Part shown: piece after piece, positions 41,666-50,745 of the stretch
How the letters are laid out: each line of letters starts with the position of its first letter
Numbering within the stretch: the first letter of the stretch is position 1
Origin: a virus
Lineage: Duplodnaviria; Heunggongvirae; Uroviricota; Caudoviricetes
Length of the DNA stretch: 64,000 nucleotides
Strand: one strand, 5' to 3'
IMG/VR virus record: IMGVR_UViG_3300048599_000194
Span: 96,001-160,000 of that record
The notes under the pieces: generated by a model
What the model was told of the DNA's origin: nothing
The model's database searches: none
What the model saw: the letters and a program-made list of their open reading frames with translations, nothing else
Translations under genes and position numbers: made by a program

Positions 41666-42813
41666 TCCCAGTTAATTGTAACTTCGAAGCTACCAGTGGT
41701 GGCTTCTTTTCGGTCATAGAATATATACAGTACGGTATCTTGTAAAAACTTTAATGATTCAAATTCGACTTCATACTTCGTGGATAGAGACAAATTAGAA
41801 TCTCTATTAGTCATTACCATACCATGATTATCTAACGTGCCAATAGAAACTACTGAGGAGGAATCATTATATGGATCGATTACCGCGACTGATGCCGAAG
41901 TTAGCTTAGTTCCTGCGGGAATCGTCATTAATTCTATCTTAGAATCTGAATTCAAATCAACAAACTTAATAAATTCACTGGTTGAATTCAATTTAATTCC
42001 AGATGCTACTACAGTATTGCTTCTGCTACCAGTCGAAGCCTGAACACCACCTGCCGCAAATTGGCTATCACCCAACGCAATATCAGTTCCAATCAATTCT
42101 TTTAGCTTCTCATTATATTCTTCGATTGACATATTTTCAACTTCAATACTCCGTATTAGTTCAATTGGTTTACCACTTAATGCAATACGATTATTGATTT
42201 CAGTTATTAAAGTTCCAAGATAAAAAGGTGCATACATGTCGAATTTAACCTTGAATGTATATTCACACGAATAAGATCTAGCTTTTTCTCTATCTACTTC
42301 ATCATTATATTGAGGATTCACCCCTACTAATTCAACTGTAATGTCTCTTTTAAGGTTAGAAAATTCAAATTCCTTGATAGCCGTATTAAATGTTGGATTA
42401 AAATATGGAATGATTTGTTCCATTATCTGGAAATGATCTTGAATTAGTTCAGTATAAGCAGTGAGTGTATATGTCTGTATCCAAGGACATGGACGCATAT
42501 CCTGTATCATTTGCTTTGTGGAAGAATCGTAAATTTCTCTAATGAATGTACGCGACGGAGTGGCACCTGAATTTCTTTCAAGACCACCCATTCTTAAACC
42601 TAGAATCGGAGTTGTATGTTTCGATTCAGGATTATCTTGGGTATTAAGAATAAAATCAGCGAAATTTTTAGAAAAATGAAATGTCAATGGTACCTTAATC
42701 CTTTTACGAACGGTACCATCTTTATTATATCGATTAACTCTCACCCTATCGAATAGATCCAAGAGTGCGATATTAACTCTTTCAAATATGCGAGGGTGAT
42801 AGTACGGGACCAT
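41662..42813 (-). CDS. Tail sheath terminator, T4 gp15-like, with C-terminal extension
   Basis: IKVPLTF...PCPWIQTYTL...QIMEQIIPYFNPTF...RDI. Confidence 0.85.
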   Translation of the reverse strand: MVPYYHPRIFERVNIALLDLFDRVRVNRYNKDGTVRKRIKVPLTFHFSKNFADFILNTQDNPESKHTTPILGLRMGGLERNSGATPSRTFIREIYDSSTKQMIQDMRPCPWIQTYTLTAYTELIQDHFQIMEQIIPYFNPTFNTAIKEFEFSNLKRDITVELVGVNPQYNDEVDREKARSYSCEYTFKVKFDMYAPFYLGTLITEINNRIALSGKPIELIRSIEVENMSIEEYNEKLKELIGTDIALGDSQFAAGGVQASTGSRSNTVVASGIKLNSTSEFIKFVDLNSDSKIELMTIPAGTKLTSASVAVIDPYNDSSSVVSIGTLDNHGMVMTNRDSNLSLSTKYEVEFESLKFLQDTVLYIFYDRKEATTGSFEVTINWD

Positions 42814-43923
42814 TTACACTCCGGAAGACTGCTTGAATCTATTAAATGCTTTATCCATTTCGGCTAATCTAGCAGGATCTTCAGATCTACCAATTTGTCC
42901 ATTGCGAATATCTGCATTTGCATTATCAACTACTCTAAATTCAGGCTTTGCTGTTTCTTCTGGTTTCACGCTATCTACAGGTTCATCGAATGTCCCCACA
43001 TTCATATCGTCATCTGGTAATGTATTGGCATCGAAATTTAGCTCTTCGTTTGAAGTTTCTATTGTAGACGTATCTAAACCTAATTCTTTTTCTTCATTAT
43101 TAACGGCTTTCATAATTGACTTGTGATTTGCATTTAATATTCCCAGTAGTTCGCGATAAAATCCAACTGCTCGCTTCTCCAATACTCTACCAGTTATTGC
43201 AATATTTGGATTATCTGCATTACCTTCAGACACCAGCTTAATGATCTCAATATTAGACGGATCGCTAAAAGATGCAGATCTCATTTTGCTGTCGTGATTA
43301 TATTCCTCATCATACTTGAACACTAGATAGAAAAAGAATTCTGGTGTTTTTCCATTACTCTTACCTAGCAATTCATCAGCACCGTCTTCAGAATCATCGG
43401 TGAATCCATCATCAAAGGAGTTCATATCATCCTGTAATGCATTCTTTTCATCCTCGACTTCTTTATTTGTGGCTTCAGCTAAGAAAGAAGAGTCATCTTC
43501 AACTCCACCGTCTGATAGGAATTGATCAAATGTTTTTGAATATACTGCATCATTGATAAATGGCATGAAATCAGATACAGTATTACTAGCGACTCCAGCC
43601 TTCTTTCCATCTTTAGTCTGAGGTGCGGATTCGAAATAGTTGTAATATCTCAAAAATAGATCTGGATTTGAAGCTAATACATCAATATTCCATTTGAATT
43701 TAATGGCAAACTTCAAATCTTGAACTTCAACCTTTTTCTTATCAACTGTCTTTCTTGTGACAGTATCAACGGGAGCTATTCCAACTGCAGTGATTGGCTC
43801 ATAGTCCGAGTAATGCTTTGCATTGATAGAACCTTGCTTAAATGGATTGTACTGTAGACGCCCGAGATTCTCCTCTAGCATTAAATAACTCTTACCTTCT
43901 AGGATTATTCTTCTTGGTAGCAT
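42814..43923 (-). CDS. Hypothetical acidic late protein
   Basis: TAAATA-N5-ATG; N-terminus RIILEGKSYLMLEE resembles an extended version of the N-terminal tag. Confidence 0.6.
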   Translation of the reverse strand: MLPRRIILEGKSYLMLEENLGRLQYNPFKQGSINAKHYSDYEPITAVGIAPVDTVTRKTVDKKKVEVQDLKFAIKFKWNIDVLASNPDLFLRYYNYFESAPQTKDGKKAGVASNTVSDFMPFINDAVYSKTFDQFLSDGGVEDDSSFLAEATNKEVEDEKNALQDDMNSFDDGFTDDSEDGADELLGKSNGKTPEFFFYLVFKYDEEYNHDSKMRSASFSDPSNIEIIKLVSEGNADNPNIAITGRVLEKRAVGFYRELLGILNANHKSIMKAVNNEEKELGLDTSTIETSNEELNFDANTLPDDDMNVGTFDEPVDSVKPEETAKPEFRVVDNANADIRNGQIGRSEDPARLAEMDKAFNRFKQSSGV

Positions 43924-43959
43924 GTGAATATTTATGTAATGTCAAAAATAAATACCGAT

Positions 43960-44790
43960 GTGAAGTATAGAGTATTCGCATTATTGCCTAGGACTGAAGA
44001 AGATTTGCTAGTATTTGAAGATACTGATTTGGAATCAGCACAGAAATACTGCAATAAGAATATAAAATATTTCCCTAAATTAACACTTTTACATGGAGCT
44101 AAAGGGTATCCCGGCTTTGAAGAAGAAATATTTGAGAACGATGAATTTAGAGATAGATCCAGGGATTCCATAAAAGATGCAAAAATAGGTAGAATTAAGC
44201 GAAAAAGTAGATTTGAATCTAGAGTGATATTTGAAAATGAAGAGCGAGTGTGTTTTCTTATTAGATATAAACGAAATGAAGCCAGGGTATGTATTATTGA
44301 TGCCAGCGACAAGGAGAAAGTTTTTTCCTTACTGAAACTAAAGAGTGATTGTTATCGAATTAAAATTTATAGGGGTTCTTTACCATTGGTGTATTTTAGA
44401 CATAATGCAGTTAATCATACTACACTGGTAGAATTATTATTCAATAAAAAGAAATTTGGGTTCATGACATTTAAGGATGGTAATCCATATAACTACATGA
44501 AGAATAACATAATATTTACCAAGGTGTCCTTGAACAGAAATAGACCTCGTCCTAAAACAGGATATTATGGAGTTACCTATATTCCAAATGATAAAGGTAA
44601 TCTTAAATATGTAGTTGATCTAAAATGCAATGGAATAAAGAAAAAGATCGGACGTTACTCCGATCCTTTAACTGCCGCTAAGGCGTATGATAGGGCGAGA
44701 ATGGAATATTTTGGGCGAAGTGCGGCAAAGAATTTTCCTTACGAATACTATGCCGCATTCGAACCTCATTATATAGTAAATGTTACATAA
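43960..44790 (+). CDS. AP2 DNA-binding domain protein with degenerate HNH_3-like domain
   Basis: TGYYGV...KIGRYSDPLTAAKAYDRARMEYFGRSAAKNFP (AP2); TFKDGNPYNYMKNNI lacks the HNH His. Start placed at in-frame GTG 43960 after TAAATA-N5. Confidence 0.7.
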   Translation: MKYRVFALLPRTEEDLLVFEDTDLESAQKYCNKNIKYFPKLTLLHGAKGYPGFEEEIFENDEFRDRSRDSIKDAKIGRIKRKSRFESRVIFENEERVCFLIRYKRNEARVCIIDASDKEKVFSLLKLKSDCYRIKIYRGSLPLVYFRHNAVNHTTLVELLFNKKKFGFMTFKDGNPYNYMKNNIIFTKVSLNRNRPRPKTGYYGVTYIPNDKGNLKYVVDLKCNGIKKKIGRYSDPLTAAKAYDRARMEYFGRSAAKNFPYEYYAAFEPHYIVNVT

Positions 44791-45106
44791 CGGGAATTGT
44801 TCGGTTCATATATTTCTTGGACTTTGGTACATAAATTGTCAATAATCCATTATTTACTGTAGATGTAATATTGTTATAGTCAGCTTTCTTCCCATAGTCT
44901 AATCTAATAACAACATCTCGCTTTCCTCGATTAGTATTTTCTGCACCAATTAAGATACAAGGGAATTCAACTGGAATTCCAAACATGTCAAATTCCTTAT
45001 GAGTTAGTTCCACTGAAATTTCTTCGCGAGCATATCCAGGAACTTCAACATATATCTCGAAGTAGTTATCTAGGGTTGCAGAGTCAATCTTTAGCTTATT
45101 AGACAT
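44783..45106 (-). CDS. Small heat shock protein (Hsp20/alpha-crystallin-like)
   Basis: EVPGYAREEISVEL...ITSTVNNGLLTIYVPK; start MSNKL after AAAGGAG. Confidence 0.8.
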   Translation of the reverse strand: MSNKLKIDSATLDNYFEIYVEVPGYAREEISVELTHKEFDMFGIPVEFPCILIGAENTNRGKRDVVIRLDYGKKADYNNITSTVNNGLLTIYVPKSKKYMNRTIPVM

Positions 45107-45201
45107 TGACGAATGTCTCCTTTCTATTACATAATATAACAACTAACGTGCCAATAGAATATGAATATCAAAACATTCATCGAATGTTGCAATATTAAAC
45201 A

Positions 45202-46182
45202 CTATTCTTCGGTGATCATTCCATTATCCAACAGTTTCTTTGATACTAATGCAAGATGTTTACATAGTGCCGGAACCGCACCTGGATTATTTTTTGGCGC
45301 TGGTAATAGAAAGTTAAGTGTTCGCTTTGTTCCGTTCTCGTCTTTATACACCTTACCCCTGGTAGGCGTTCCGGCCAAACTCTTATTTCTAAGATTTGCA
45401 TTAGCTACATAATAAGCAAAAGCCTTACATGTACATCTAACTTCACATGGATTATTGAACGACCAGTTTTGAGTATTTCTTTTCCTGCGTAGTTTAATCC
45501 AACACCTATACGGATTTTCATTCGAACCCTGAACATCTGCAGTTACGTCACATTGTAGATATTTCGAATCTTGCTTAAGACCTGGGGCATTTAATCCAAC
45601 AACCGTACCAGCCTCGGCCACCGAATCTTCCCCAAAAAAGTCGATAAAATTGTTGTATAGAGTGCTTAATTTTTTGCTAGGTAGCCATTCATCGGTTTTT
45701 TCTAATTCAGGGGTTAATTCTGTTTTAGGTGGAATTGCAGGTGGATTTGTTGGAGGCGATACTGGTTGCTCGGGTTCTTCTTTTTTAATAGGCGTTGGTT
45801 CTACATTTGGTTCTACATTTGGTTCTTCAGTAGGAACTTCAAGTGGAGCTTCAGGACTTTCCGGTTCTTTTGGTTCTTCAGGTTCTTCAGGAGTTTGTTC
45901 TATTGGAGTTTCTTGAGAGATGACGGGCTCTTCTTCTGGTTTAGACTCATCAGAATGAATCTCGTTTGTCATTTTATCAGTTTGCAACTGTTCATCTGGC
46001 GTTGGTTCGAGGTCTGGCACCTCTTCATCTAATTCATTGTTCTTTTTCTCAATTGCTTCTAGAATTAGATTCAGATTAGAAAGTGACTTAACCTTATGAG
46101 ATTCCAATAGTTCAGTAACATCCTCATTGTTAAATGGAATGCCCTGGCTTTCATAGATATAGTTGCCGATTAGAATTTTCAT
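45202..46182 (-). CDS. Tagged protein: N-terminal tag, Pro/Glu linker and SWIM-type Zn finger domain
   Basis: MKILIGNYIYES; EP-rich linker; VRCTCKAFAY...LCKHL. Confidence 0.7.
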   Translation of the reverse strand: MKILIGNYIYESQGIPFNNEDVTELLESHKVKSLSNLNLILEAIEKKNNELDEEVPDLEPTPDEQLQTDKMTNEIHSDESKPEEEPVISQETPIEQTPEEPEEPKEPESPEAPLEVPTEEPNVEPNVEPTPIKKEEPEQPVSPPTNPPAIPPKTELTPELEKTDEWLPSKKLSTLYNNFIDFFGEDSVAEAGTVVGLNAPGLKQDSKYLQCDVTADVQGSNENPYRCWIKLRRKRNTQNWSFNNPCEVRCTCKAFAYYVANANLRNKSLAGTPTRGKVYKDENGTKRTLNFLLPAPKNNPGAVPALCKHLALVSKKLLDNGMITEE

Positions 46183-46219
46183 AATAATATTTAGTCGAAT
46201 CCTTTTCTAAATAACTCAT

Positions 46220-46936
46220 ATGGATTTGGATATGTTTAACCCAGTTGAAGACGATAACGATTTCGAGCAAGAGTACGACCAGTTCGGACACGCTCTAAAT
46301 GATCGAGATGGAAATCCTTTGGCTAAGGGTTCCATTAAAGATCGTGAGTTCGAAGAAGAGAAAGCAGAAAATATAGCGGCCAACGATAAGATGAGGGGGC
46401 GTAGAGAAAAAATGTCCCCTTACATTGAAAGATTCAAGAATACATTAATGGCTATTTTCCGAGATAGTCCTCGCCCCTCTGACCTATATACTGCATTAGA
46501 ATTACTCTATGACTGGACGCTTGCTAAACTAGAAAGCTCAATGAATAAAACTGCACAAGAAGCTAATCAGTGGATGCGCGTTGCAAACGATTTAATTGAA
46601 ATTGACGAATATTCCCTCATGGAGGGAATTGAAGATCTAATAATGTCTTCACCTCATAGCACAATTCGATCCGCACTTGAACAGCAATATAGCAATTTAT
46701 TGAAGTCTGCTAATGGAGATTATACTAAAGAAGCTCAGATATTTGTCGAAATTGCATTTGCACTAGTATCAATTGTTGAAGAACAGATAGAAAAAAATCC
46801 AGACGATGCTGAAGATTACATAGAAATTAAAGAAACTTTAGATAGAAAATTTGGACCTCTTTACAAAGGACTTGAGAATCAATTAAAGGATCTAGTATCT
46901 AAAGACCGAAGATACGGACGACTAGTGAACAGATAG
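46220..46936 (+). CDS. Hypothetical acidic helical late protein
   Basis: 238 aa ORF; TAAATA-N6-ATG divergent from the 46182 gene. Confidence 0.65.
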   Translation: MDLDMFNPVEDDNDFEQEYDQFGHALNDRDGNPLAKGSIKDREFEEEKAENIAANDKMRGRREKMSPYIERFKNTLMAIFRDSPRPSDLYTALELLYDWTLAKLESSMNKTAQEANQWMRVANDLIEIDEYSLMEGIEDLIMSSPHSTIRSALEQQYSNLLKSANGDYTKEAQIFVEIAFALVSIVEEQIEKNPDDAEDYIEIKETLDRKFGPLYKGLENQLKDLVSKDRRYGRLVNR

Positions 46937-46940
46937 AGAG

Positions 46941-46963
46941 AGGGGGGCGCAAGCCCCTTTTTT
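46941..46963 (+). terminator. Intrinsic terminator
   Basis: GGGGC-GCAA-GCCCC followed by a T run. Confidence 0.85.
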
Positions 46964-46965
46964 GT

Positions 46966-46974
46966 TGCTACAAT
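46966..46974 (+). promoter_or_regulatory. Extended -10 type promoter (TGCTACAAT), 6 nt before ATG
   Basis: The same motif occurs at 50410-50418 (-), 51983-51991 (+) and 58279-58287 (+). Confidence 0.6.
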
Positions 46975-46980
46975 CATAGC

Positions 46981-47400
46981 ATGCTGTCAAGCGAACCAAA
47001 GATGAAAATGTTTTTTGATAGACTCGTAGACCACGGAACAGTTGAAGGACTTTGGTTTAGTAATGGATTGATGTATAATGATAGCGGAGATATAATTGGA
47101 AAGTTTAATTTATATCATCAATCAAGTCATAAAGTGTTCATAACTCTTATAGCCATCTACAAGGAATATCGAAATAGAGGATATTTCTATCAAGTTTTAG
47201 ATTTAATTAGCCGAGTTGCGGATATGAATGGAGATACCATTCAATTAATCCCACTACCGACAGAAACAGATGAAATATCTGAAAGCGGCATTACTCTCGG
47301 AAAATTACAATCAATATATGAATCATACGGGTTCACGTCAGATATTGAAGAAGATGGAGTTTCAACCTATACAAGGATCCCAACATGCGCTCGGAATTGA
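46981..47400 (+). CDS. GNAT-family acetyltransferase-like protein
   Basis: IAIYKEYRNRGY (motif A) and KLQSIYESYGF (motif B). Confidence 0.7.
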   Translation: MLSSEPKMKMFFDRLVDHGTVEGLWFSNGLMYNDSGDIIGKFNLYHQSSHKVFITLIAIYKEYRNRGYFYQVLDLISRVADMNGDTIQLIPLPTETDEISESGITLGKLQSIYESYGFTSDIEEDGVSTYTRIPTCARN

Positions 47401-47996
47401 AGAATAACCCCAGATCATTTGTTTCGAAATTATTTGGCATAGAGCTTAGGCCATATCAAGAATTGTTTATGACTACATTAGACTATAATATGCATCGTAG
47501 GTGGGCAAGACAAACTGGTAAAGACAGTGCTGTAATATATGCGGCATTGTGGAAAATGATGTGTTTTAATAGTAAGATTGTTATTGTCATACCACACCTT
47601 CAACAGCGAAGATTATTCATAGCACGATTTGAATCTATAATAAAATCAACAATCAAGAATTGTGAAATATCGAACGACACTAATAGATCAAGATTATTAA
47701 TCTCCCAGTTTTTTAGTGGTAGCGTTCTAATATGCGAATCATATCACGGACTTACATGTGATTATGTATTTTATATTAATGAAATACGCGATTCATGCAA
47801 AATATCAGACAGTATACTTCTACTAAAGGATAATCCTAAATATCAAATTTTTGATGTTAATCTAAACATTGGAATTGATTACTGTACACATGTAGTTTCT
47901 TGGTTAGATATAATGAATAAAGATACCGCACTTGAGAAGCTAAATCAACTAGGATCTACAATTTTTAAGGAATCGTACCTGAGAGATATTGACTAG
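47385..47996 (+). CDS. Truncated, degenerate terminase ATPase-domain paralog
   Basis: LRPYQ...WARQTGKD...HGLTCDYVFYINE...SWLDI...LGSTIFKESY is collinear with the N-terminal half of 39905..41665; no nuclease domain. Confidence 0.75.
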   Translation: MRSELKNNPRSFVSKLFGIELRPYQELFMTTLDYNMHRRWARQTGKDSAVIYAALWKMMCFNSKIVIVIPHLQQRRLFIARFESIIKSTIKNCEISNDTNRSRLLISQFFSGSVLICESYHGLTCDYVFYINEIRDSCKISDSILLLKDNPKYQIFDVNLNIGIDYCTHVVSWLDIMNKDTALEKLNQLGSTIFKESYLRDID

Positions 47997-48000
47997 ATAT

Positions 48001-48026
48001 AAAAAAGCCCTCTTTCGAGGGCTTTT
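48001..48026. terminator. Bidirectional intrinsic terminator
   Basis: AAAAAAGCCCTC-ttt-cGAGGGCTTTT between convergent genes. Confidence 0.85.
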
Positions 48027-48028
48027 CG

Positions 48029-48625
48029 TTATTCACCTAATTCGTTTATTTTATCGTCAACTGGGGTACCATTCAGCGACCAAGGCTGTAGATTAAATTG
48101 AGATCCACCCTTAATCCTTCGAGCAATCTCATCAACTACAGTCCAATACTCATCCCAATAATAACCAAGTTTTGGAGTCGAGTGACCCTGCTTAGTCATA
48201 TCTTCCTGAGCTTTGATGACATCAATTAGGTCATTGCGAGTGTATTCAAGTGCATCATCATTCATAGCCTTGACTTTCGCTTTACCTTCGGCGAAGTTAT
48301 ACACCTCATTACCAGCAGAATCCTTACTTGCTTCTTCTAGAGTGGCATTTGGGTCAACTTGATTAGCATCAGGCTGAGCAGATGTATCAGGAGAAGCCCC
48401 AATTTCAGTATTTAATTTTCCAACGTAATCACCCGTCGAATCAATTACTTTATTTTTTATTTCTTCTGGGAGATTAGGCCATTCTGCTTGAACTCTACCG
48501 AACCATTGATCAGGATCCTCGGATTTAGAAACATCTATCACATCATCATAATTATGCGCTGGGATTGTGTCATCCCCTATCGCTTCCGTAATGTATTCAA
48601 TTCCACCCAATGTGATTATAGCCAT
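48029..48625 (-). CDS. Hypothetical acidic late protein with tag-like N-terminus
   Basis: MAIITLGGIEYITEA; late box 48644-48649 plus GAGG. Confidence 0.65.
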   Translation of the reverse strand: MAIITLGGIEYITEAIGDDTIPAHNYDDVIDVSKSEDPDQWFGRVQAEWPNLPEEIKNKVIDSTGDYVGKLNTEIGASPDTSAQPDANQVDPNATLEEASKDSAGNEVYNFAEGKAKVKAMNDDALEYTRNDLIDVIKAQEDMTKQGHSTPKLGYYWDEYWTVVDEIARRIKGGSQFNLQPWSLNGTPVDDKINELGE

Positions 48626-48720
48626 GATTACCTCTTTAGCTTGTATTTAGAATCATAATTAGGAAGTGTCTGTAAAAAACTAAATACAAGCCATGCACAA
48701 TTAGCGAAAGGTGGTCTGAC

Positions 48721-49020
48721 ATGGGAATTCTCTCAAAATTTTTTAAGAAGCGCGAAGCGAAGAGAATAAAGCCAGACCTTAGTATAAAAACACTACGTTA
48801 TGTATTTGAAGATGAATGTGCTTTGTGTAATAATAAGGTAGAATACCTCAATTTTATAGAAATAGAAGATAAGAAAGTACCCGCCTGTCTATTTTGCAAA
48901 GCATTAGTTGAAAATGGATGTAAATGGACGGCAATACTAAAGAAGAATTACGAAAATGAAAAACGCAGATACTGTAGTAAGTATCTGCGCATAGTAGCTT
49001 GGTTTTCAGACTTCGATTAA
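48721..49020 (+). CDS. Small Zn-finger-like protein
   Basis: CALC...CLFC; SD AAGGTGG. Confidence 0.55.
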   Translation: MGILSKFFKKREAKRIKPDLSIKTLRYVFEDECALCNNKVEYLNFIEIEDKKVPACLFCKALVENGCKWTAILKKNYENEKRRYCSKYLRIVAWFSDFD

Positions 49021-49436
49021 GAGTTAATGATGATTTCTCCAGGGAAATCTACCATTCGATTCCTCATCGACAATACCTTCTCCTCAGGAACCCCGTGAGT
49101 ATTCTGAAACTTACCTTCAGATCTATAAACAACCACGGGAATCCCGAGTTCATCAGCAATCGAGGTGTAATCGCGAATTTCTCGCATGGTCGTGAGAGTA
49201 TTTGGAACGATAACCTGTTTCCCTTCCTCAAGAGCCTTACGTGCTCTTCGCTGATTTGACTTATGCGCCCAACCCAGCTTAGATGGATCGAACCGATATT
49301 CGCCTCGAACCATGAAGAATTCATCAGTTTCGTAGACTTCACCCCCAATTTCAGACGCCAACTTTCTCGCAAAAGTGGTTTTACCTGAACCAGAAGCACC
49401 TCGAACAAGAATCAGTTTGTTGGTAGTAGTGTTCAT
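49017..49436 (-). CDS. AAA_33-type P-loop kinase (polynucleotide kinase-like)
   Basis: LILVRGASGSGKTTFA...AHKSNQ...VIVPNT...NTHGVPEE. Confidence 0.85.
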   Translation of the reverse strand: MNTTTNKLILVRGASGSGKTTFARKLASEIGGEVYETDEFFMVRGEYRFDPSKLGWAHKSNQRRARKALEEGKQVIVPNTLTTMREIRDYTSIADELGIPVVVYRSEGKFQNTHGVPEEKVLSMRNRMVDFPGEIIINS

Positions 49437-49442
49437 ACTCCG

Positions 49443-49507
49443 AAGATACTACCAAGATGTGAACACGTCAACCAACAGTTGACGCATATATCATCATATA
49501 GTATTTT
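49443..49507. promoter_or_regulatory. Divergent pair of sigma70-type (probably early) promoters, both apparently leaderless
   Basis: Minus: TTGACG-N17-TATCTT-N6-ATG. Plus: TTGACG-N17-TATTTT-N6-GTG. Confidence 0.75.
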
Positions 49508-49513
49508 GTTTCA

Positions 49514-49738
49514 GTGAATCAAGATGTACTAGGGTGGACGTGTGCCATAATTTCGGTAACTGGAACTATTTTTGTAAATTACAAAAACAGGATTGGCATG
49601 GTGCTTTGGATTATATCTAATGTACTTTGGATTTATTACGACATATTTGTACAAGTAAACATGCCACAGGTTTTTATGTATGTTGTATTCACATTAACTA
49701 ATTTACATGGAATGTATAAATGGAGAAAACATAAATGA
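49514..49738 (+). CDS. Small 3-TM membrane protein (PnuC/SemiSWEET-like half transporter)
   Basis: LGW...GMVLWIISNVLWIYY...Q...NLHGMYKW. Confidence 0.55.
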   Translation: MNQDVLGWTCAIISVTGTIFVNYKNRIGMVLWIISNVLWIYYDIFVQVNMPQVFMYVVFTLTNLHGMYKWRKHK

Positions 49739-50301
49739 AATCCTATGCAGGAATTGGATCCAGAGAAATAACTGTCGATGAGCGAAATACAATATATAGA
49801 ATATCTAGTTACTTATTCACTAAGAGATATTTCCTTTATTCAGGGGGCGCTGATGGATCTGATTATGCATTTGAATATGCATGTCGCGGCTATGGATTAA
49901 AGTTCTTACCCTGGGATGGATTCAATCATAAGCCTGAATCAAATATATACAGTCACGTTATTCACTCTGCAGAGTCATTTGAATCTATTCAAAAATATCA
50001 CCCAGCGCCAGACTTATTATCTCCAGCCGCAAAAAAGCTAATGAGTAGAAATTATTTCCAAATCAATGGATTTGGATCATTTCCAAAAGTTGATTTTGTT
50101 ATCTGTTGTGCTGATCCAATTAGAAATTCTAGAGCAGTTAAAGGCGGAACCGGGCAGGCCGTTCGAATCGCACTCGATCTAGACATCCCCGTATTCAATA
50201 TTCGTGAACGAGGATGTAGATGGGAATCTTTTCTCAATCACTTGCCAGTTGCAGATAGTTCTTCGAGAGCAGAAATTGAAAATAATCTCCGCCAAAACTA
50301 A
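49735..50301 (+). CDS. SLOG/DprA-like nucleotide-binding protein
   Basis: YAGIGSR, SGGADGSD, RN..QI.G, GGTGQAVRIA...IPVFNI. Confidence 0.8.
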   Translation: MKSYAGIGSREITVDERNTIYRISSYLFTKRYFLYSGGADGSDYAFEYACRGYGLKFLPWDGFNHKPESNIYSHVIHSAESFESIQKYHPAPDLLSPAAKKLMSRNYFQINGFGSFPKVDFVICCADPIRNSRAVKGGTGQAVRIALDLDIPVFNIRERGCRWESFLNHLPVADSSSRAEIENNLRQN

Positions 50302-50392
50302 TTAAATTATATGCTTCTGTGAATTGATCTGGCCTTAATATTCCATATACAATCACAGCAAGAAGCGCCATCGCAATTAAAATACCCTTCAT
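50234..50392 (-). CDS. Small membrane protein (52 aa, below the ORF-track cut-off)
   Basis: MKGILIAMALLAVIVYGILRPDQF... preceded by AAAGGAG and TGCTATAAT. Confidence 0.55.
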   Translation of the reverse strand: MKGILIAMALLAVIVYGILRPDQFTEAYNLISFGGDYFQFLLSKNYLQLASD

Positions 50393-50418
50393 GTTGACTC
50401 CTTTACCATATTATAGCA

Positions 50419-50745
50419 TTAATCAAACACTACAATATCAGTCAAAGAGTCCGCTTCATTTAGTACATATGTGAGGTCTATTTTTCTATCTCGATTATCT
50501 TCAATGGCTGAATATTGTCCGTTATTATTGAATACTTTCACGGGCAAGCCCCTACCCGCCATCTTCATACCACTTTTAGTTGCCAATTCAATACCGTCAG
50601 GTAAAGTAATTCGATAGCCCTTCCAATAGCCAATTACATAGGGCTTTTCTGGAATTGTAGATTCTAACATTGTAAGTATATTACTACGAGTCGCGCTAGA
50701 TTCTAATATTGTAGATTTAAGGGATGAAATATTATATCTCTTCAT
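50419..50745 (-). CDS. Hypothetical late protein
   Basis: MKRYNISSLKSTILES...MLES; last gene of the late operon starting at 51961. Confidence 0.6.
   Translation of the reverse strand: MKRYNISSLKSTILESSATRSNILTMLESTIPEKPYVIGYWKGYRITLPDGIELATKSGMKMAGRGLPVKVFNNNGQYSAIEDNRDRKIDLTYVLNEADSLTDIVVFD

Noticed and set aside
45766-46032. F/W/R-rich ORF resembling a membrane peptide
   Set aside because: Antisense shadow of the Glu-Pro repeat linker of 45202..46182.
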